Sequence record: SRR20825006_1576
DNA length: 64,000 nt
Direction: 5' to 3' (one strand)
How positions within the stretch are numbered: position 1 is the stretch's first letter; every line of letters starts with the position of its first letter. Shown here in pieces: positions 1 to 10,427 of this stretch. The translations under genes and the position numbers were made by a program. The notes under the pieces were generated by a model, which had not been told where the DNA came from, searched no databases, and saw only the letters and a list, made by a program, of their open reading frames with translations.

Positions 1-58
1 GTAGAGCAACTGACTTTTAATCAGTAGGTCCAGGGTTCGAACCCCTGCGCGCTCACCA
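1..58 (+). tRNA. tRNA-Lys(UUU), 5'-truncated by the window edge
   Basis: D-arm end GTAGAGC, anticodon stem ACTGA/TCAGT with loop CTTTTAA (anticodon TTT), T-arm GGTTCGAACCC, encoded 3' CCA at 56-58. Confidence 0.95.
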
Positions 59-268
59 CTATTCTCGACATATTTCTCTCACTTTACTCTTTGTTAGACG
101 ATAAACGTTGTGAGCCGATCGCCTGTTTCACAAACGCACAACCATTGTAATCTGAGACCTTTCGCCTTATTTCCGCCTTACGTCGATTGCGCAAATGCGC
201 CTTCTGTTTCTCTATTCGCATTTTCAGGCTCATCCTTTTTGAGGGTTGGTAGCCGGAGGCATTTACTC

Positions 269-2155
269 ATGGCTGATCGCCAGAAAACCGTTTCGGCGGA
301 TTCCGCCAATCCCTTTCAAACTATTGTGAACCTTTGGCCTTATATCTGGCCCTCAACTCGCCCCGACCTGAAGAAACGTGTTGTGCTTGCAACATTCTTT
401 CTGGTTCTGGCGAAGCTGGTACTTCTTCTGGTCCCCTACACATTCAAGTGGGCAACCAATGCTTTAACGGGAGAACTTGAGATCAGTTCTCTGGTGCCCA
501 CGTTTCTGACCGGCGCCGTCATACTGGTCGTGTTTTACAATCTGGCACGGATTGGACAGGCCGGGTTCAATCAGTTGCGTGATGCCCTTTTCGCCAGCGT
601 CGGCCAGTTTGCCGTCCGGCAACTGGCTCATCGTGTGTTTGTACACATGCACAAGCTGGCGTTACGGTTCCACCTTTCACGTAAAACCGGCGGTCTGTCG
701 CGAATCATTGAACGTGGGACCAAGGGCATAGAGATCATTGTCCGATTCACGATCCTCGCAACACTTCCCACCGTGCTCGAATTTCTGCTGGTCGCCATCA
801 TTTTCTGGTGGGGATACGGTTTCGATTATCTGGCGATTACAGCGGTCACGGTCACGGTCTATGTATGGTTCACGGTCAAGGCCAGCGACTGGCGAATTGC
901 CATCCGGCGTGAGATGAATGACAGTGACACCGAAGCCAGCACCAAGGCTATCGATTCACTCCTCAATTATGAGACCGTCAAATACTTCGGTAACGAAGAT
1001 ATGGAGGCACGGCGTTATGACGAATCGATGGAGCGTTATGAAAAGTCTGCGACCCGCATCTGGACCTCGCTTGGCTGGCTGAATTTCGGTCAGACCGTGA
1101 TCTTCGGTATCGGCATGGCTGCGATGATGGTGCTTTCTGCAATCGCTGTGAAAAACGGAGACCGTACCATCGGCGATTTCGTTTTTGTGAACGCAATGCT
1201 GATCCAGCTGGCTATTCCGCTGAATTTCATCGGTTCTGTCTATCGTGAAATTCGCCAGGGACTGACGGATATCGAACAAATGTTCGATATACTGGAAGTT
1301 GACCCGGAAATTGAGGACCGGTCCGATGCGCAGGATCTCCAGATCCGTCAAGGCTCTGTCGCCTTCAAGGACGTGCATTTTGCCTATGATCCATCTCGCC
1401 CGATCCTTAAAGGTGTATCCTTTGATGTTCCTGCGGGTAAAACCGTCGCTATCGTTGGACCGACCGGTGCAGGAAAATCAACGATCTCGCGCCTGCTTTT
1501 CCGGTTTTATGATGTTCAGGAAGGCGCAATCACGATTGATGGACAAGACCTTCGTGAAGTCCGCCAGAACAGTGTGCGCGATGTTATCGGGATGGTTCCT
1601 CAGGACACAGTGTTGTTTAACGACACCATCGGCTACAACATCCGTTATGGCCGTCCTGCTGCGACAGATGAGGAAGTGGCTGCGGCGGCTGAACTGGCTC
1701 AGGTCGGTGGCTTTATCCGCCAGCTTCCGGATGGTTTCGAAACGCAGGTTGGCGAACGTGGACTGAAACTCTCCGGAGGAGAGAAACAGCGTGTTGCGAT
1801 TGCACGAACAATCCTGAAGGCCCCACCAATTCTCGTGCTTGATGAGGCTACCTCGGCACTCGACACCCATACCGAACGGGAAATTCAGGCCGCTCTTGAT
1901 GTGGTTTCAAAAAACCGCACAACGCTTGTGATCGCCCACCGGCTTTCAACCGTGATTGGCGCAGACGAAATAATCGTATTGAAAAACGGAGAGATCGCGG
2001 AACGTGGCAAGCATGATGATCTGATTTCACAAAATGGACTTTATGCCCAGATGTGGGAGCGCCAGCGTGAGGCCACACTCGCCGAAGAGCATTTGCGAAA
2101 GGTGCGCGAAAGCGACGACATGGGCGTTATCATGCGCCTTGATCCGGCAAATTAA
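269..2155 (+). CDS. atm1: Atm1/ABCB7-family ABC exporter (fused TMD + NBD)
   Basis: Walker A GPTGAGKST, signature LSGGEKQ, Walker B LVLDEAT, Atm1-like DSLLNYETVKYF. ATG 269 chosen (GGAGG upstream) over the ORF-track start at 110. Confidence 0.88.
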   Translation: MADRQKTVSADSANPFQTIVNLWPYIWPSTRPDLKKRVVLATFFLVLAKLVLLLVPYTFKWATNALTGELEISSLVPTFLTGAVILVVFYNLARIGQAGFNQLRDALFASVGQFAVRQLAHRVFVHMHKLALRFHLSRKTGGLSRIIERGTKGIEIIVRFTILATLPTVLEFLLVAIIFWWGYGFDYLAITAVTVTVYVWFTVKASDWRIAIRREMNDSDTEASTKAIDSLLNYETVKYFGNEDMEARRYDESMERYEKSATRIWTSLGWLNFGQTVIFGIGMAAMMVLSAIAVKNGDRTIGDFVFVNAMLIQLAIPLNFIGSVYREIRQGLTDIEQMFDILEVDPEIEDRSDAQDLQIRQGSVAFKDVHFAYDPSRPILKGVSFDVPAGKTVAIVGPTGAGKSTISRLLFRFYDVQEGAITIDGQDLREVRQNSVRDVIGMVPQDTVLFNDTIGYNIRYGRPAATDEEVAAAAELAQVGGFIRQLPDGFETQVGERGLKLSGGEKQRVAIARTILKAPPILVLDEATSALDTHTEREIQAALDVVSKNRTTLVIAHRLSTVIGADEIIVLKNGEIAERGKHDDLISQNGLYAQMWERQREATLAEEHLRKVRESDDMGVIMRLDPAN

Positions 2156-2267
2156 CTTCAAATCGACAGTGCCGCGTAAACCGTTTCCAAGCTGTCGGTA
2201 AACAGCTAGAGTCTCAGCCGAACCGGCAGACAGGCCTGCCATCAAAACAGTTGGAGTATTGGCATCC

Positions 2268-2966
2268 ATGAGCGTTTATGATTCGATTCGGAACTCAATC
2301 GTTCCAATCCACAAGGAAGGCTACCCTTTCGTCGGCGGCTTTCTGGTTGCAACTGTCGTGCTGGGCTGGATTGCCGAGCCGCTGTTCTGGATCGGTCTCA
2401 TTCTCTCGCTCTGGTGCGCCTATTTCTTCCGCGATCCCGAACGTGTTACCCCGCAAGATGATGATCTCGTTGTCAGTCCGGCCGATGGGCGTGTGTCGTC
2501 TGTTTCCGAAGTGGTGCCGCCCGAAGAGCTTGGCCTTGGTGATCAGCCAATGCTCAGAATCTGTGTATTTATGAATGTCTTCAACTGCCACGTGAACCGT
2601 GCCCCAATGAAGGGCTCTGTTCGCGGCATTCATTACCGACCCGGAAAATTCATCAATGCGGAGCTGGACAAAGCCAGCGAAGACAATGAACGCAATGGTG
2701 TTGTGATTGACACCGGCCATGGTTCGATAGGTGTGGTTCAGATCGCCGGCCTTGTTGCCCGGCGTATCGTTTGTTTCGTTGAAGAAGCTGATTCACTTGA
2801 TGCGGGCGAACGTTTTGGTCTCATCCGGTTTGGATCAAGGCTGGACGTATACCTGCCGCAAGGAGCAACCCCCCGTGTCGCTCTTGGTCAGACCGCTATT
2901 GCCGGCGAAACCGTGCTAGCTGCATTCAACGATCTGAAACCGGCAGTTTCCGGACAACGCAGCTGA
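2268..2966 (+). CDS. psd: Phosphatidylserine decarboxylase proenzyme
   Basis: FFRDP, SPADG, HVNRAP motifs and RFGS self-cleavage site; TGATG overlap with pssA. Confidence 0.93.
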   Translation: MSVYDSIRNSIVPIHKEGYPFVGGFLVATVVLGWIAEPLFWIGLILSLWCAYFFRDPERVTPQDDDLVVSPADGRVSSVSEVVPPEELGLGDQPMLRICVFMNVFNCHVNRAPMKGSVRGIHYRPGKFINAELDKASEDNERNGVVIDTGHGSIGVVQIAGLVARRIVCFVEEADSLDAGERFGLIRFGSRLDVYLPQGATPRVALGQTAIAGETVLAAFNDLKPAVSGQRS

Positions 2967-3862
2967 TGAGCGACAAGCCTGAAAACCAGCAGCTGACCGA
3001 GGTTCAGGAAGAAGGTGAGCGGGCGACCTCCGGTCGCGGCCCGCGCCTTCGGGAAATTCCTGTTCGTTTGATCCTGCCCAATCTGGTCACGGTTCTGGCC
3101 ATTTGTGCAGGGCTCTCTGGAGTAAGGCTGGCAATTGAGCACGAGTATCATCAGGCTGTGATGATGTTGCTCATCGCGGCTTTTCTTGACGGTGTCGACG
3201 GACGGCTTGCACGTCTGCTCAAGGCCAGTTCAAAATTTGGCGAACAGATGGATTCGCTCGCCGATATCGTGAACTTCGGGATTGCTCCTGCCCTTGTGAC
3301 CTACATGTATGTCCTGCAGGAGGCTGGAACACCCGGATGGATCGCTGTTCTGCTTTATGCCATTGCCGCCGCACTCCGTCTTGCGCGCTTCAATGTGATG
3401 GCAGAGCGTAAACACAAGGCGAGTTGGCAGGGTGAATATTTCGTTGGCGTACCTGCTCCCGCGGGTGCGATCATCGTCATGCTGCCTGTCTACTTCGGCT
3501 TTCTGGGCCTTGAAACCGGCAGAACGATCGGCCTTGTAGCCTCTGTCTATACAGTCCTCGTGGGCTTTCTGCTGATCAGCCGTCTACCGGTCTGGTCGGG
3601 TAAGAGCTTCGCCCTCAATGTGCGCCGCGAATTTGCACTGCCGATGATCCTTGTGGCCGTTCTTTCCGTCGCGCTGTTGGTCAGTTACACATGGCATATG
3701 ATGATCGCCGGATCACTTCTATATATTGCCAGTCTTCCACTTGGTGCCCGAGCCTGGCATAACAAATACGGTACATTCGTCATGGAAAGCGATGCCGACC
3801 ACGAAGACGTTTCAGAAGGGACTACGTCTGCGCGCCGAAACAGGCTCGATCTCGATATCTGA
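2966..3862 (+). CDS. pssA: CDP-diacylglycerol--serine O-phosphatidyltransferase
   Basis: CDP-alcohol phosphotransferase motif DGVDGRLAR...FGEQMDSLAD, RLARFN; directly after psd. Confidence 0.9.
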   Translation: MSDKPENQQLTEVQEEGERATSGRGPRLREIPVRLILPNLVTVLAICAGLSGVRLAIEHEYHQAVMMLLIAAFLDGVDGRLARLLKASSKFGEQMDSLADIVNFGIAPALVTYMYVLQEAGTPGWIAVLLYAIAAALRLARFNVMAERKHKASWQGEYFVGVPAPAGAIIVMLPVYFGFLGLETGRTIGLVASVYTVLVGFLLISRLPVWSGKSFALNVRREFALPMILVAVLSVALLVSYTWHMMIAGSLLYIASLPLGARAWHNKYGTFVMESDADHEDVSEGTTSARRNRLDLDI

Positions 3863-3868
3863 GTGTAC

Positions 3869-4609
3869 TCAGAACAGATCAAGCTGAATTTTGTCCGTTG
3901 TTTCTTCTGTCGAAGTTTCCAGTTTGGGGCCGTTGGGAACAATAAGGTCGGCGCCCATATTTCTGTTGTTGTTCACCGCCTTTGAGACCGGCCATGCTTC
4001 AAAGAAATCATCAGGCGCAGGTTTCAGGAGATCGGCAACATGGCGGGGTTCCTGATCCCGGCAGTCGAGCCAACGGTCAAAATCCTGCCGCTCAATCACC
4101 ACCGGTGAGCGCTCGTGGATCGAGCGTAAAACACCGCTGGATTCAGTCGTTAAAATGGTGCCCGTATCAATTTCGGTACCATCAGCACCCATCCATGGCG
4201 AGATCAGGCCCGCAAACGCGATCAAGCCGCCATCACGTGGACGTATCCAGTAGGGCTGAGAACCACCCTGCCCCTTGCGCCACTCGAAGAACCCGTTGGC
4301 CGGAACAAGCGCTCGAAAGTGACGCATGGAGCCGCGAAATGCGGGCTTTTCGGCCGCTGTTTCACTGCGGGCATTGAACAGCAAAGGAAAGCCTTCTGCA
4401 TCTTTCAGCCAGGCCGGCAAAAGCCCCCAGCGCACCAGAATCGGTTTTCGCCCTTCGCCACCGCCGACAGCATCCGATGCATTGACAACCATAATCACCG
4501 GTTGGGAAGGGGCTATGTTGTAGCGTGGCGGAAAAGGTTCGATTCCCGTAAGATCAAAGACATCCTCCAATACTGCAGGACTTGCGATCAGACCAAAACG
4601 TCCGCACAT
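3869..4609 (-). CDS. SRAP (YedK/HMCES-family) abasic-site-protecting protein
   Basis: N-terminal MCGRF, RYNIAP, WGL, NARSET, FFEW, TILTT motifs. Confidence 0.92.
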   Translation of the reverse strand: MCGRFGLIASPAVLEDVFDLTGIEPFPPRYNIAPSQPVIMVVNASDAVGGGEGRKPILVRWGLLPAWLKDAEGFPLLFNARSETAAEKPAFRGSMRHFRALVPANGFFEWRKGQGGSQPYWIRPRDGGLIAFAGLISPWMGADGTEIDTGTILTTESSGVLRSIHERSPVVIERQDFDRWLDCRDQEPRHVADLLKPAPDDFFEAWPVSKAVNNNRNMGADLIVPNGPKLETSTEETTDKIQLDLF

Positions 4610-4704
4610 AATAGACTCAGGTATCCACTGGTGAAATTTATCTCAAAAAGAATACCATTTTTCGGACACAGCCTGTCAAATCCTGCTCACCAAAAGAGAA
4701 AAAA

Positions 4705-5127
4705 ATGATCTGCACGCCTAAGCCAGCATCTTCCGTTATCGTGCGACGCGGTGAGTGCTTCCTGCTTGTGAAACGTGCCAACCCGCCTGCGCAGGCGATG
4801 TTTGCGTTTCCTGGCGGCAAGGCCGAACCGAACGAAACGCCGTTGCAGGCAGCGCTTCGTGAACTCGAAGAGGAAACCGGGCTCGTGGCAGAATCGGCAG
4901 ATCTGTTCGCAGTGTATGACCTGATTGACCGTGATGATCACGGCAATGTGACAAGCTACTACCGCCTGAGTGTATTTCTGGCCGAAACAGACAAGGCGGT
5001 CGAGCCGGTTGCTGCCGATGATGCTCTGGATCTCGGCTGGTATACGCTGGCAGAAATCTGTCGGCTGCCGGTTCCTGCAAGTGTAAGGGAATGCGCCGAA
5101 CGCCTCGGCGCGACGGCTTGTTCTTAA
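4705..5127 (+). CDS. Nudix hydrolase
   Basis: Nudix box GGKAEPNETPLQAALRELEEETG. Confidence 0.9.
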   Translation: MICTPKPASSVIVRRGECFLLVKRANPPAQAMFAFPGGKAEPNETPLQAALRELEEETGLVAESADLFAVYDLIDRDDHGNVTSYYRLSVFLAETDKAVEPVAADDALDLGWYTLAEICRLPVPASVRECAERLGATACS

Positions 5128-5289
5128 CCAGATATGTGACGTCTTCACCACAGAGTGTGCAGGAAATCGCGCGGAAAGAGGTGCGTTAACGAAAAATTGA
5201 CCTTCCTGCTTTGCAGCGCTGCCGCTTGCATGAAAAACTTGATAAGTTAAATACGAAGATAAACGACAATAAAGCGAGCCGACCAAGGA

Positions 5290-5553
5290 ATGATGATGAA
5301 TCCGAATGCCGACGAAATCGACGACATGATTGTGCGCGAAAAGATGCAGGCGGCTCTCGAATACCAGAACGAGGCGTGGGCCGATGGCGTCGCCGATGGC
5401 ATCGAGCCGGAAATCATCGCTGATGCAGCACTGGCTCTGGCAATGCGCGAGACTGTTCGTATGATAGGCGAAGAAGGCGCTGAAGCCATGCTGGAATCGC
5501 TGCGCGAGCGTATGCTTTCCGGTGAGTTTTCTCCGAATCGCGTCGTCCAGTAA
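5290..5553 (+). CDS. Small conserved hypothetical protein (Rhizobiales type)
   Basis: Clean 87-aa acidic ORF with AAGGAA RBS; EAWADG..DGIEPEIIADAA resembles a small rhizobial protein family (recalled, not searched). Confidence 0.75.
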   Translation: MMMNPNADEIDDMIVREKMQAALEYQNEAWADGVADGIEPEIIADAALALAMRETVRMIGEEGAEAMLESLRERMLSGEFSPNRVVQ

Positions 5554-5719
5554 CGCTCCGGTCGTCCTGTAACAAGTCAGTTTCAGGTCTTGATGGAGGT
5601 CGTGATCCGCGTATGTTGGCGGCGGCTTTGATTCCCGCTGTTTAAAGGCTGTGTTTCAGAGTAGTTCAACATGCGGAGTGCGTTTGCCCGGGTGCTGGCA
5701 GCCGCAAAGGAGAGATCCG

Positions 5720-6562
5720 ATGGCCATTATGCATCTTGCCGACAGAGGTATCGTTTCGGTCAGCGGGCCGGATGCGGAGCAATTTCTCCAGAACCTCGTC
5801 ACCACAGATATTAACTCAATCGGTGAAAACGAGACCTGGCCGGGCGCACTGTTAACGCCACAAGGCAAGATCATGCTGGCGTTCCTGATTGCCCGCACAA
5901 ACGACGGTTTCCTTCTTGAAATTCATGAAGATGACACCGCCACGCTGGTGCAGCGCCTGATGCTGTACAAACTCCGGGCCAAGGTTGAAATCGCCACATT
6001 GGAAACCAGAGGGATCTCTGTTTTTTTTGATGAAGCAGCGCCTGTCGAAGCTGTTCTCGACCATCGTTTCGATATTGCAGGTATAAAGTTATATCGTCTG
6101 GTCGGTCAGCACGAACGTGCCGTTTCAAACGTGGAGGCCTATACTACACAGCGGATATTGGCTGGTGTGGCCGAGATCCATAGCGATTATCCGCCACAGG
6201 ATGCTTTTCCGCATGACGTCCTGTTCGACATGAACGGAGGCGTTTCATTCCGCAAGGGATGCTATGTTGGGCAGGAGGTTGTCTCGCGCATGCAGCATCG
6301 CGGTACGGCGCGCCGTCGTCTTGTTCTTGTTTCTGCAGAAAGTGAGCTGCCTGCCCCCGGAGAAACCATCACAGCCGCTGACAAACCATCTGGCACGCTT
6401 GGTTCCGTCTCTGGCAGGAAGGCACTTGCAATTGTCAGGACGGACCGCATAGCCACAGCCTTGCAAAAGAAAGATGCCATTCTGGCCCTAAATCAGCCGA
6501 TCAACATTACTGCTTATACGTGGAGTAACGCATCGCTGAGCACGGAATCGCGTGAGGACTGA
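5720..6562 (+). CDS. ygfZ: Folate-binding Fe-S maturation protein YgfZ
   Basis: Signature KGCYVGQE, LLTPQGK; start ATG 5720 after AAGGAG. Confidence 0.92.
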   Translation: MAIMHLADRGIVSVSGPDAEQFLQNLVTTDINSIGENETWPGALLTPQGKIMLAFLIARTNDGFLLEIHEDDTATLVQRLMLYKLRAKVEIATLETRGISVFFDEAAPVEAVLDHRFDIAGIKLYRLVGQHERAVSNVEAYTTQRILAGVAEIHSDYPPQDAFPHDVLFDMNGGVSFRKGCYVGQEVVSRMQHRGTARRRLVLVSAESELPAPGETITAADKPSGTLGSVSGRKALAIVRTDRIATALQKKDAILALNQPINITAYTWSNASLSTESRED

Positions 6563-6566
6563 GCTG

Positions 6567-7196
6567 ATGTCGGCGAAAAATGATGCGCGTGCGTGGCAAC
6601 GTATGCTTTCCGGGCGCAGACTGGACCTTCTGGACCCTTCGCCACTTGATATTGAAATCAGCGATATCGCGCACGGTCTGGCACGGGTCGCGCGGTGGAA
6701 CGGGCAAACGCTCGGTGAACACGCCTATTCGGTGGCCCAGCACTGTCTCGTTGTCGAGGCTGTGTTTACTCAATTGAATCGGGGCAGGCCCGAGCAATGC
6801 CAGATGGCACTGCTGCATGATGCCCCGGAATATGTCATCGGAGATATGATTTCTCCTTTCAAGGCGGTCGTCGGCGGCGGTTACAAGAGTGTTGAGAAAC
6901 GGCTTGAGGCAGCGATCCATTTACGCTTCGGTCTGCCTCCACATGCGGAACGTTCACTGAAAGCCCGGATCAAAACCGCTGACCGTGTCGCGGCTTATTT
7001 CGAAGCGGTCACACTCGCCGGTTTCACAATCGGCGAGGCAACAAGGTTTTTCGGAAAGCCCAGGCGGATCTCTTCCGATGGTCTTCCGCTGGATCCCATG
7101 CCCACAATGGAGGCGCAACAAAGGTTTCTGGTTCGCTTCACTGAAATTGAGGACATGCGCGCATCAACCGAACACGCCCGGCAAACAACTTCATGA
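6567..7196 (+). CDS. HD-domain hydrolase (YfbR/5'-deoxynucleotidase-like)
   Basis: YSVAQH, LLHDAPEY..GD, KTAD motifs. Confidence 0.88.
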   Translation: MSAKNDARAWQRMLSGRRLDLLDPSPLDIEISDIAHGLARVARWNGQTLGEHAYSVAQHCLVVEAVFTQLNRGRPEQCQMALLHDAPEYVIGDMISPFKAVVGGGYKSVEKRLEAAIHLRFGLPPHAERSLKARIKTADRVAAYFEAVTLAGFTIGEATRFFGKPRRISSDGLPLDPMPTMEAQQRFLVRFTEIEDMRASTEHARQTTS

Positions 7197-7708
7197 GCAA
7201 AACGATTATCGTGTCGCCGCTTGATCGAATCGGAGAGATGGCGGCGTCACACAAAAGTCGCTTCATGATATCGCTGATGTCCGCTGATCATGCTTTTGCC
7301 CGGCCTGGCATGATCGGTGCAGACCGGCATTTGACGCTAACAATGAATGATATCGCGTTTTCAGGAACCGGTGATCTGATTGCACCTGACGCCAAACACG
7401 TTGCGGAAATCATCCGCTTTACGCGTATGTGGAACGGCGATGGCCCGCTTCTGATCCATTGCTGGCTGGGCGTTTCACGCTCTCCGGCGGCTGCGTTGAT
7501 CGCCGCCTTGGCCCTTAAACCGTATCTTTCCGATGACAGACTGGCCGATGCCCTGCGAAGGGCTTCACCCTTTGCCACGCCCAATGTCCGTCTTGTGGCG
7601 CTGGGAGATGCAGCCCTTCAGCGGCAAGGGCGCCTGGTAAAAGCGATTGATAACATCGGTCGGGGCGCTGATTGCGGCCAAAATTTACCCTTTCAGCTCA
7701 ATTTCTAA
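7193..7708 (+). CDS. Protein-tyrosine-phosphatase-like protein
   Basis: CX5R P-loop HCWLGVSRS; ATGA overlap with the HD gene. Confidence 0.85.
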   Translation: MSKTIIVSPLDRIGEMAASHKSRFMISLMSADHAFARPGMIGADRHLTLTMNDIAFSGTGDLIAPDAKHVAEIIRFTRMWNGDGPLLIHCWLGVSRSPAAALIAALALKPYLSDDRLADALRRASPFATPNVRLVALGDAALQRQGRLVKAIDNIGRGADCGQNLPFQLNF

Positions 7709-7810
7709 ACTTTAGGGACATTGAATACTGCATTGCATTTTCGTAGCCTAATCACGCGTCACGGATGACAAACGGAGGGCCACCCTCCATTTAAACACAA
7801 GGATATTTTG

Positions 7811-8698
7811 ATGGAAGAGCAACTCGGTGAACTCCTCAAAGCCTCCGGCGACTTCGCTAACATCATGGTGGCCTACACCATTCAGTATGCATTTTCAGTC
7901 CTCGGCGCGATCGTGCTGCTGGTTGTCGGCTGGATCCTGGCTGGCGTATTGCAGAAGTCTGTCAAAACTTCTCTGCAAAAATTTGAAAATATTGATAAAA
8001 CGCTTGCCGGTTTCTTTGGTAATATTATCCGGTATTTGATCCTGATCGTCGTTATCGTGATGGTTCTTGGCCAGTTTGGTGTTCAGACCGCTTCTGTAGT
8101 TGCCGCTCTCGGTGCTGCCGGTCTGGCCATTGGTCTGGCTCTGCAAGGCACATTGCAGAACATTGCGGCAGGTATCATGCTGCTTGTGCTGCGTCCTTTC
8201 CGGGTTGGTGAATATATCAGCACGGGTTCCATTGATGGTACGGTTGTAGAAATCGGACTGTTCGCTACCGAAATGAAAACCTTTGACGGGCTTTTTCGTC
8301 TAGCTCCGAACTCAACGCTGTGGAATGTCTCGATTACCAATTACTCGCGTCTTTCCACGCGTATGCATGAGCTTGCAATCGGCATTGCCTATGAAGATGA
8401 CATCGACACTGCCATCAACATCATGATGGATCTGGCCAGCAAGAACGAAAACGTTCTGTCCGATCCTGAGCCCTACGCTTTTACAAAGGAGCTCGGCGAC
8501 AGTGCTGTACTGGTTGCCATGCGCTATTGGGCGCCATCCAGTGTCTGGTGGAAAACCACACATCAGATGACCAAGGATGCCAAGAATGCCTTCGACGCGG
8601 CGGGGATTTCTATTCCGTTCCCGCAGATGACGCTTTCTACACTGGACGGGGAAACCAATCCGTTGATCGAAAACGGAAGCGATACCAAAGGTTCTTAA
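7811..8698 (+). CDS. mscS: Small-conductance mechanosensitive channel
   Basis: TM3 motif LGAAGLAIGLALQGTLQNIAAG, RPFRVGE, GISIPFPQ. Confidence 0.92.
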   Translation: MEEQLGELLKASGDFANIMVAYTIQYAFSVLGAIVLLVVGWILAGVLQKSVKTSLQKFENIDKTLAGFFGNIIRYLILIVVIVMVLGQFGVQTASVVAALGAAGLAIGLALQGTLQNIAAGIMLLVLRPFRVGEYISTGSIDGTVVEIGLFATEMKTFDGLFRLAPNSTLWNVSITNYSRLSTRMHELAIGIAYEDDIDTAINIMMDLASKNENVLSDPEPYAFTKELGDSAVLVAMRYWAPSSVWWKTTHQMTKDAKNAFDAAGISIPFPQMTLSTLDGETNPLIENGSDTKGS

Positions 8699-8726
8699 AC
8701 ACCCACCCGTTTTTGTGGCATAGGTA

Positions 8727-8767
8727 TACGGCAGACGAAACGCATGTTTCGTCTGCCGTACTGTTTT
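8727..8767 (+). terminator. Probable intrinsic terminator after mscS
   Basis: Perfect 15-bp inverted repeat TACGGCAGACGAAAC-GCAT-GTTTCGTCTGCCGTA followed by CTGTTTT. Confidence 0.7.
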
Positions 8768-8798
8768 GATTGTTGATGTATTACCCTCAGGATTTGTC

Positions 8799-9653
8799 AT
8801 GAAGATTATCCAGCTGAATATATATCCTTTGAAGAGTGCGCGTGGCATCACTCTGGATCAGGCGCTTTGCACGCGGGAGGGTCTTGCAGGCGATCGCCGC
8901 TGGATACTATGCGATCCCGACGGAACATTTATCACCCAGCGGCAACTGCCTGCACTGGCACGGATCTCCGTCTCCAAACGCGATAACAACCTGTTCCTGT
9001 CAATGGACGGAGAAGAAACAATTAAAGTTACACCAGAGCCATCGCGTCAGCGGCTGAATGTGACCGTCTGGAAAGATACGGTCAACGCGGCTTCAGCATC
9101 TGCTGAAGCCGATTCGGTACTATCCAGGTGGCTCAAGCGCCCTGTCCGGCTTTGCTTTTTTGACAGCCAGTCTATGCGAACGGCCAACCGCGACTGGGTA
9201 AAGCGTGACACACCGGTCACCTTCGCAGACGGATTTCAGCTCCTGGTCACAACCACCGGATCTCTGGCAGCACTTAATGCCGATCTTCATGCGCATGGGG
9301 CAGCCCCAGTCGGAATGGAACGGTTTCGTCCCAACATCGTGTTGGATTGCGATGAAGCCTGGGTTGAGGATGAATGGACGGGTATCGAAATCAACGGCTT
9401 GGCGCTTGAATTTGCAAAACCATGCGCACGCTGCATCATGACCACGCAGGATCAGACAACCGGCTCACGCGATGGTGCCAACCCGATGCCCGCCATGGCG
9501 CGGCTGCGAATGTCCGGTGACCGTCGCGTTCCCGGTCCACTTTTTGGCTGGAACGCCGTACCAATCGGTGAAGCTTTGTTTAAAATCGGCGATGAAGTAC
9601 GCATCAAGGGCAGGCGTGAGGTCGCCTGGCCAGTTAAAAAACGGGCCTCGTGA
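8799..9653 (+). CDS. MOSC-domain protein (YcbX/mARC-like)
   Basis: IYPLKS, GDRRW, FADG, RFRPN, KPCARC motifs. Confidence 0.9.
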   Translation: MKIIQLNIYPLKSARGITLDQALCTREGLAGDRRWILCDPDGTFITQRQLPALARISVSKRDNNLFLSMDGEETIKVTPEPSRQRLNVTVWKDTVNAASASAEADSVLSRWLKRPVRLCFFDSQSMRTANRDWVKRDTPVTFADGFQLLVTTTGSLAALNADLHAHGAAPVGMERFRPNIVLDCDEAWVEDEWTGIEINGLALEFAKPCARCIMTTQDQTTGSRDGANPMPAMARLRMSGDRRVPGPLFGWNAVPIGEALFKIGDEVRIKGRREVAWPVKKRAS

Positions 9654-9671
9654 AGACGGAAAAACTCCCGG

Positions 9672-10412
9672 TCAGACGCTTCGGCGCTCCAATGCTTTCA
9701 GCGTCGCCTGTATAAAGCTTTCCCGCGCGGTATCCGGAACAATTCCGCGCGGTTCATAGACATGCCGGTTCAGGAAGAATCCGGTCAGACGAAAGGCCGT
9801 AGTCAGACTATCGATATCAGCAGCTTCGTTCAGTGAAGGTTGCAAAAATTCAGGCAGAGTCAAAAGACGGTCCGCATAGGGTGCCCCCGCTTCCCGACAA
9901 ACCGCCCTGCCCGTTTTGGGTGAAACATAGATCAGGTCTGAGCGAATACCACTGGCAGCGCATTTTTCCAGATCGAGGCCGAATCCCAGTTCATTAAGCA
10001 ATGCAAGCTCAAACCGTACGTAAAGTTCACCGGCGATTTCCGGCTCATCAAGGTGACCAATGATCACTTCCAGTGTATCGCAAAGTTTACGGTGCGGATC
10101 ACGTTCCGGAAGAAGTCTGAGTGAAGACGCCATGGCCTGCACCCCATAAAGTGCCATGGACGATTGCATGAGCAGAGCGGCACGCTGATGCAGCGGTTCG
10201 ATCCGGAATTCACCGAGATGCTCGGACAGACGCGCCCGCCAGAATATCGAAACACGATTGCCTGCCTGCAGAACGGCACGCTGTGAGCGTGAGCGGCCTC
10301 CTCGCACCAGTCCCATATGGCGGCCATGCTCTTCTGTCATGACTTCGGCAATCACACTGGTTTCGCCATGGCGGCGGACACCCAGAATGATACCTTCATC
10401 ATGCCATTCCAT
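9672..10412 (-). CDS. recO: DNA repair protein RecO
   Basis: N-terminal OB fold (RRHGETS), [20 protein letters not shown]; follows era. Confidence 0.95.
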   Translation of the reverse strand: MEWHDEGIILGVRRHGETSVIAEVMTEEHGRHMGLVRGGRSRSQRAVLQAGNRVSIFWRARLSEHLGEFRIEPLHQRAALLMQSSMALYGVQAMASSLRLLPERDPHRKLCDTLEVIIGHLDEPEIAGELYVRFELALLNELGFGLDLEKCAASGIRSDLIYVSPKTGRAVCREAGAPYADRLLTLPEFLQPSLNEAADIDSLTTAFRLTGFFLNRHVYEPRGIVPDTARESFIQATLKALERRSV

Positions 10413-10427
10413 TTGTCAGAACGCCGC

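Noticed and set aside
1-268. tRNA-Lys as an integration site
   Set aside because: Followed directly by core genes; no integrase and no duplicated tRNA 3' end noticed in the window.
4610-4704. LexA box upstream of the SRAP gene
   Set aside because: No alphaproteobacterial GTTC-N7-GTTC or GAAC-N7-GAAC repeat seen.
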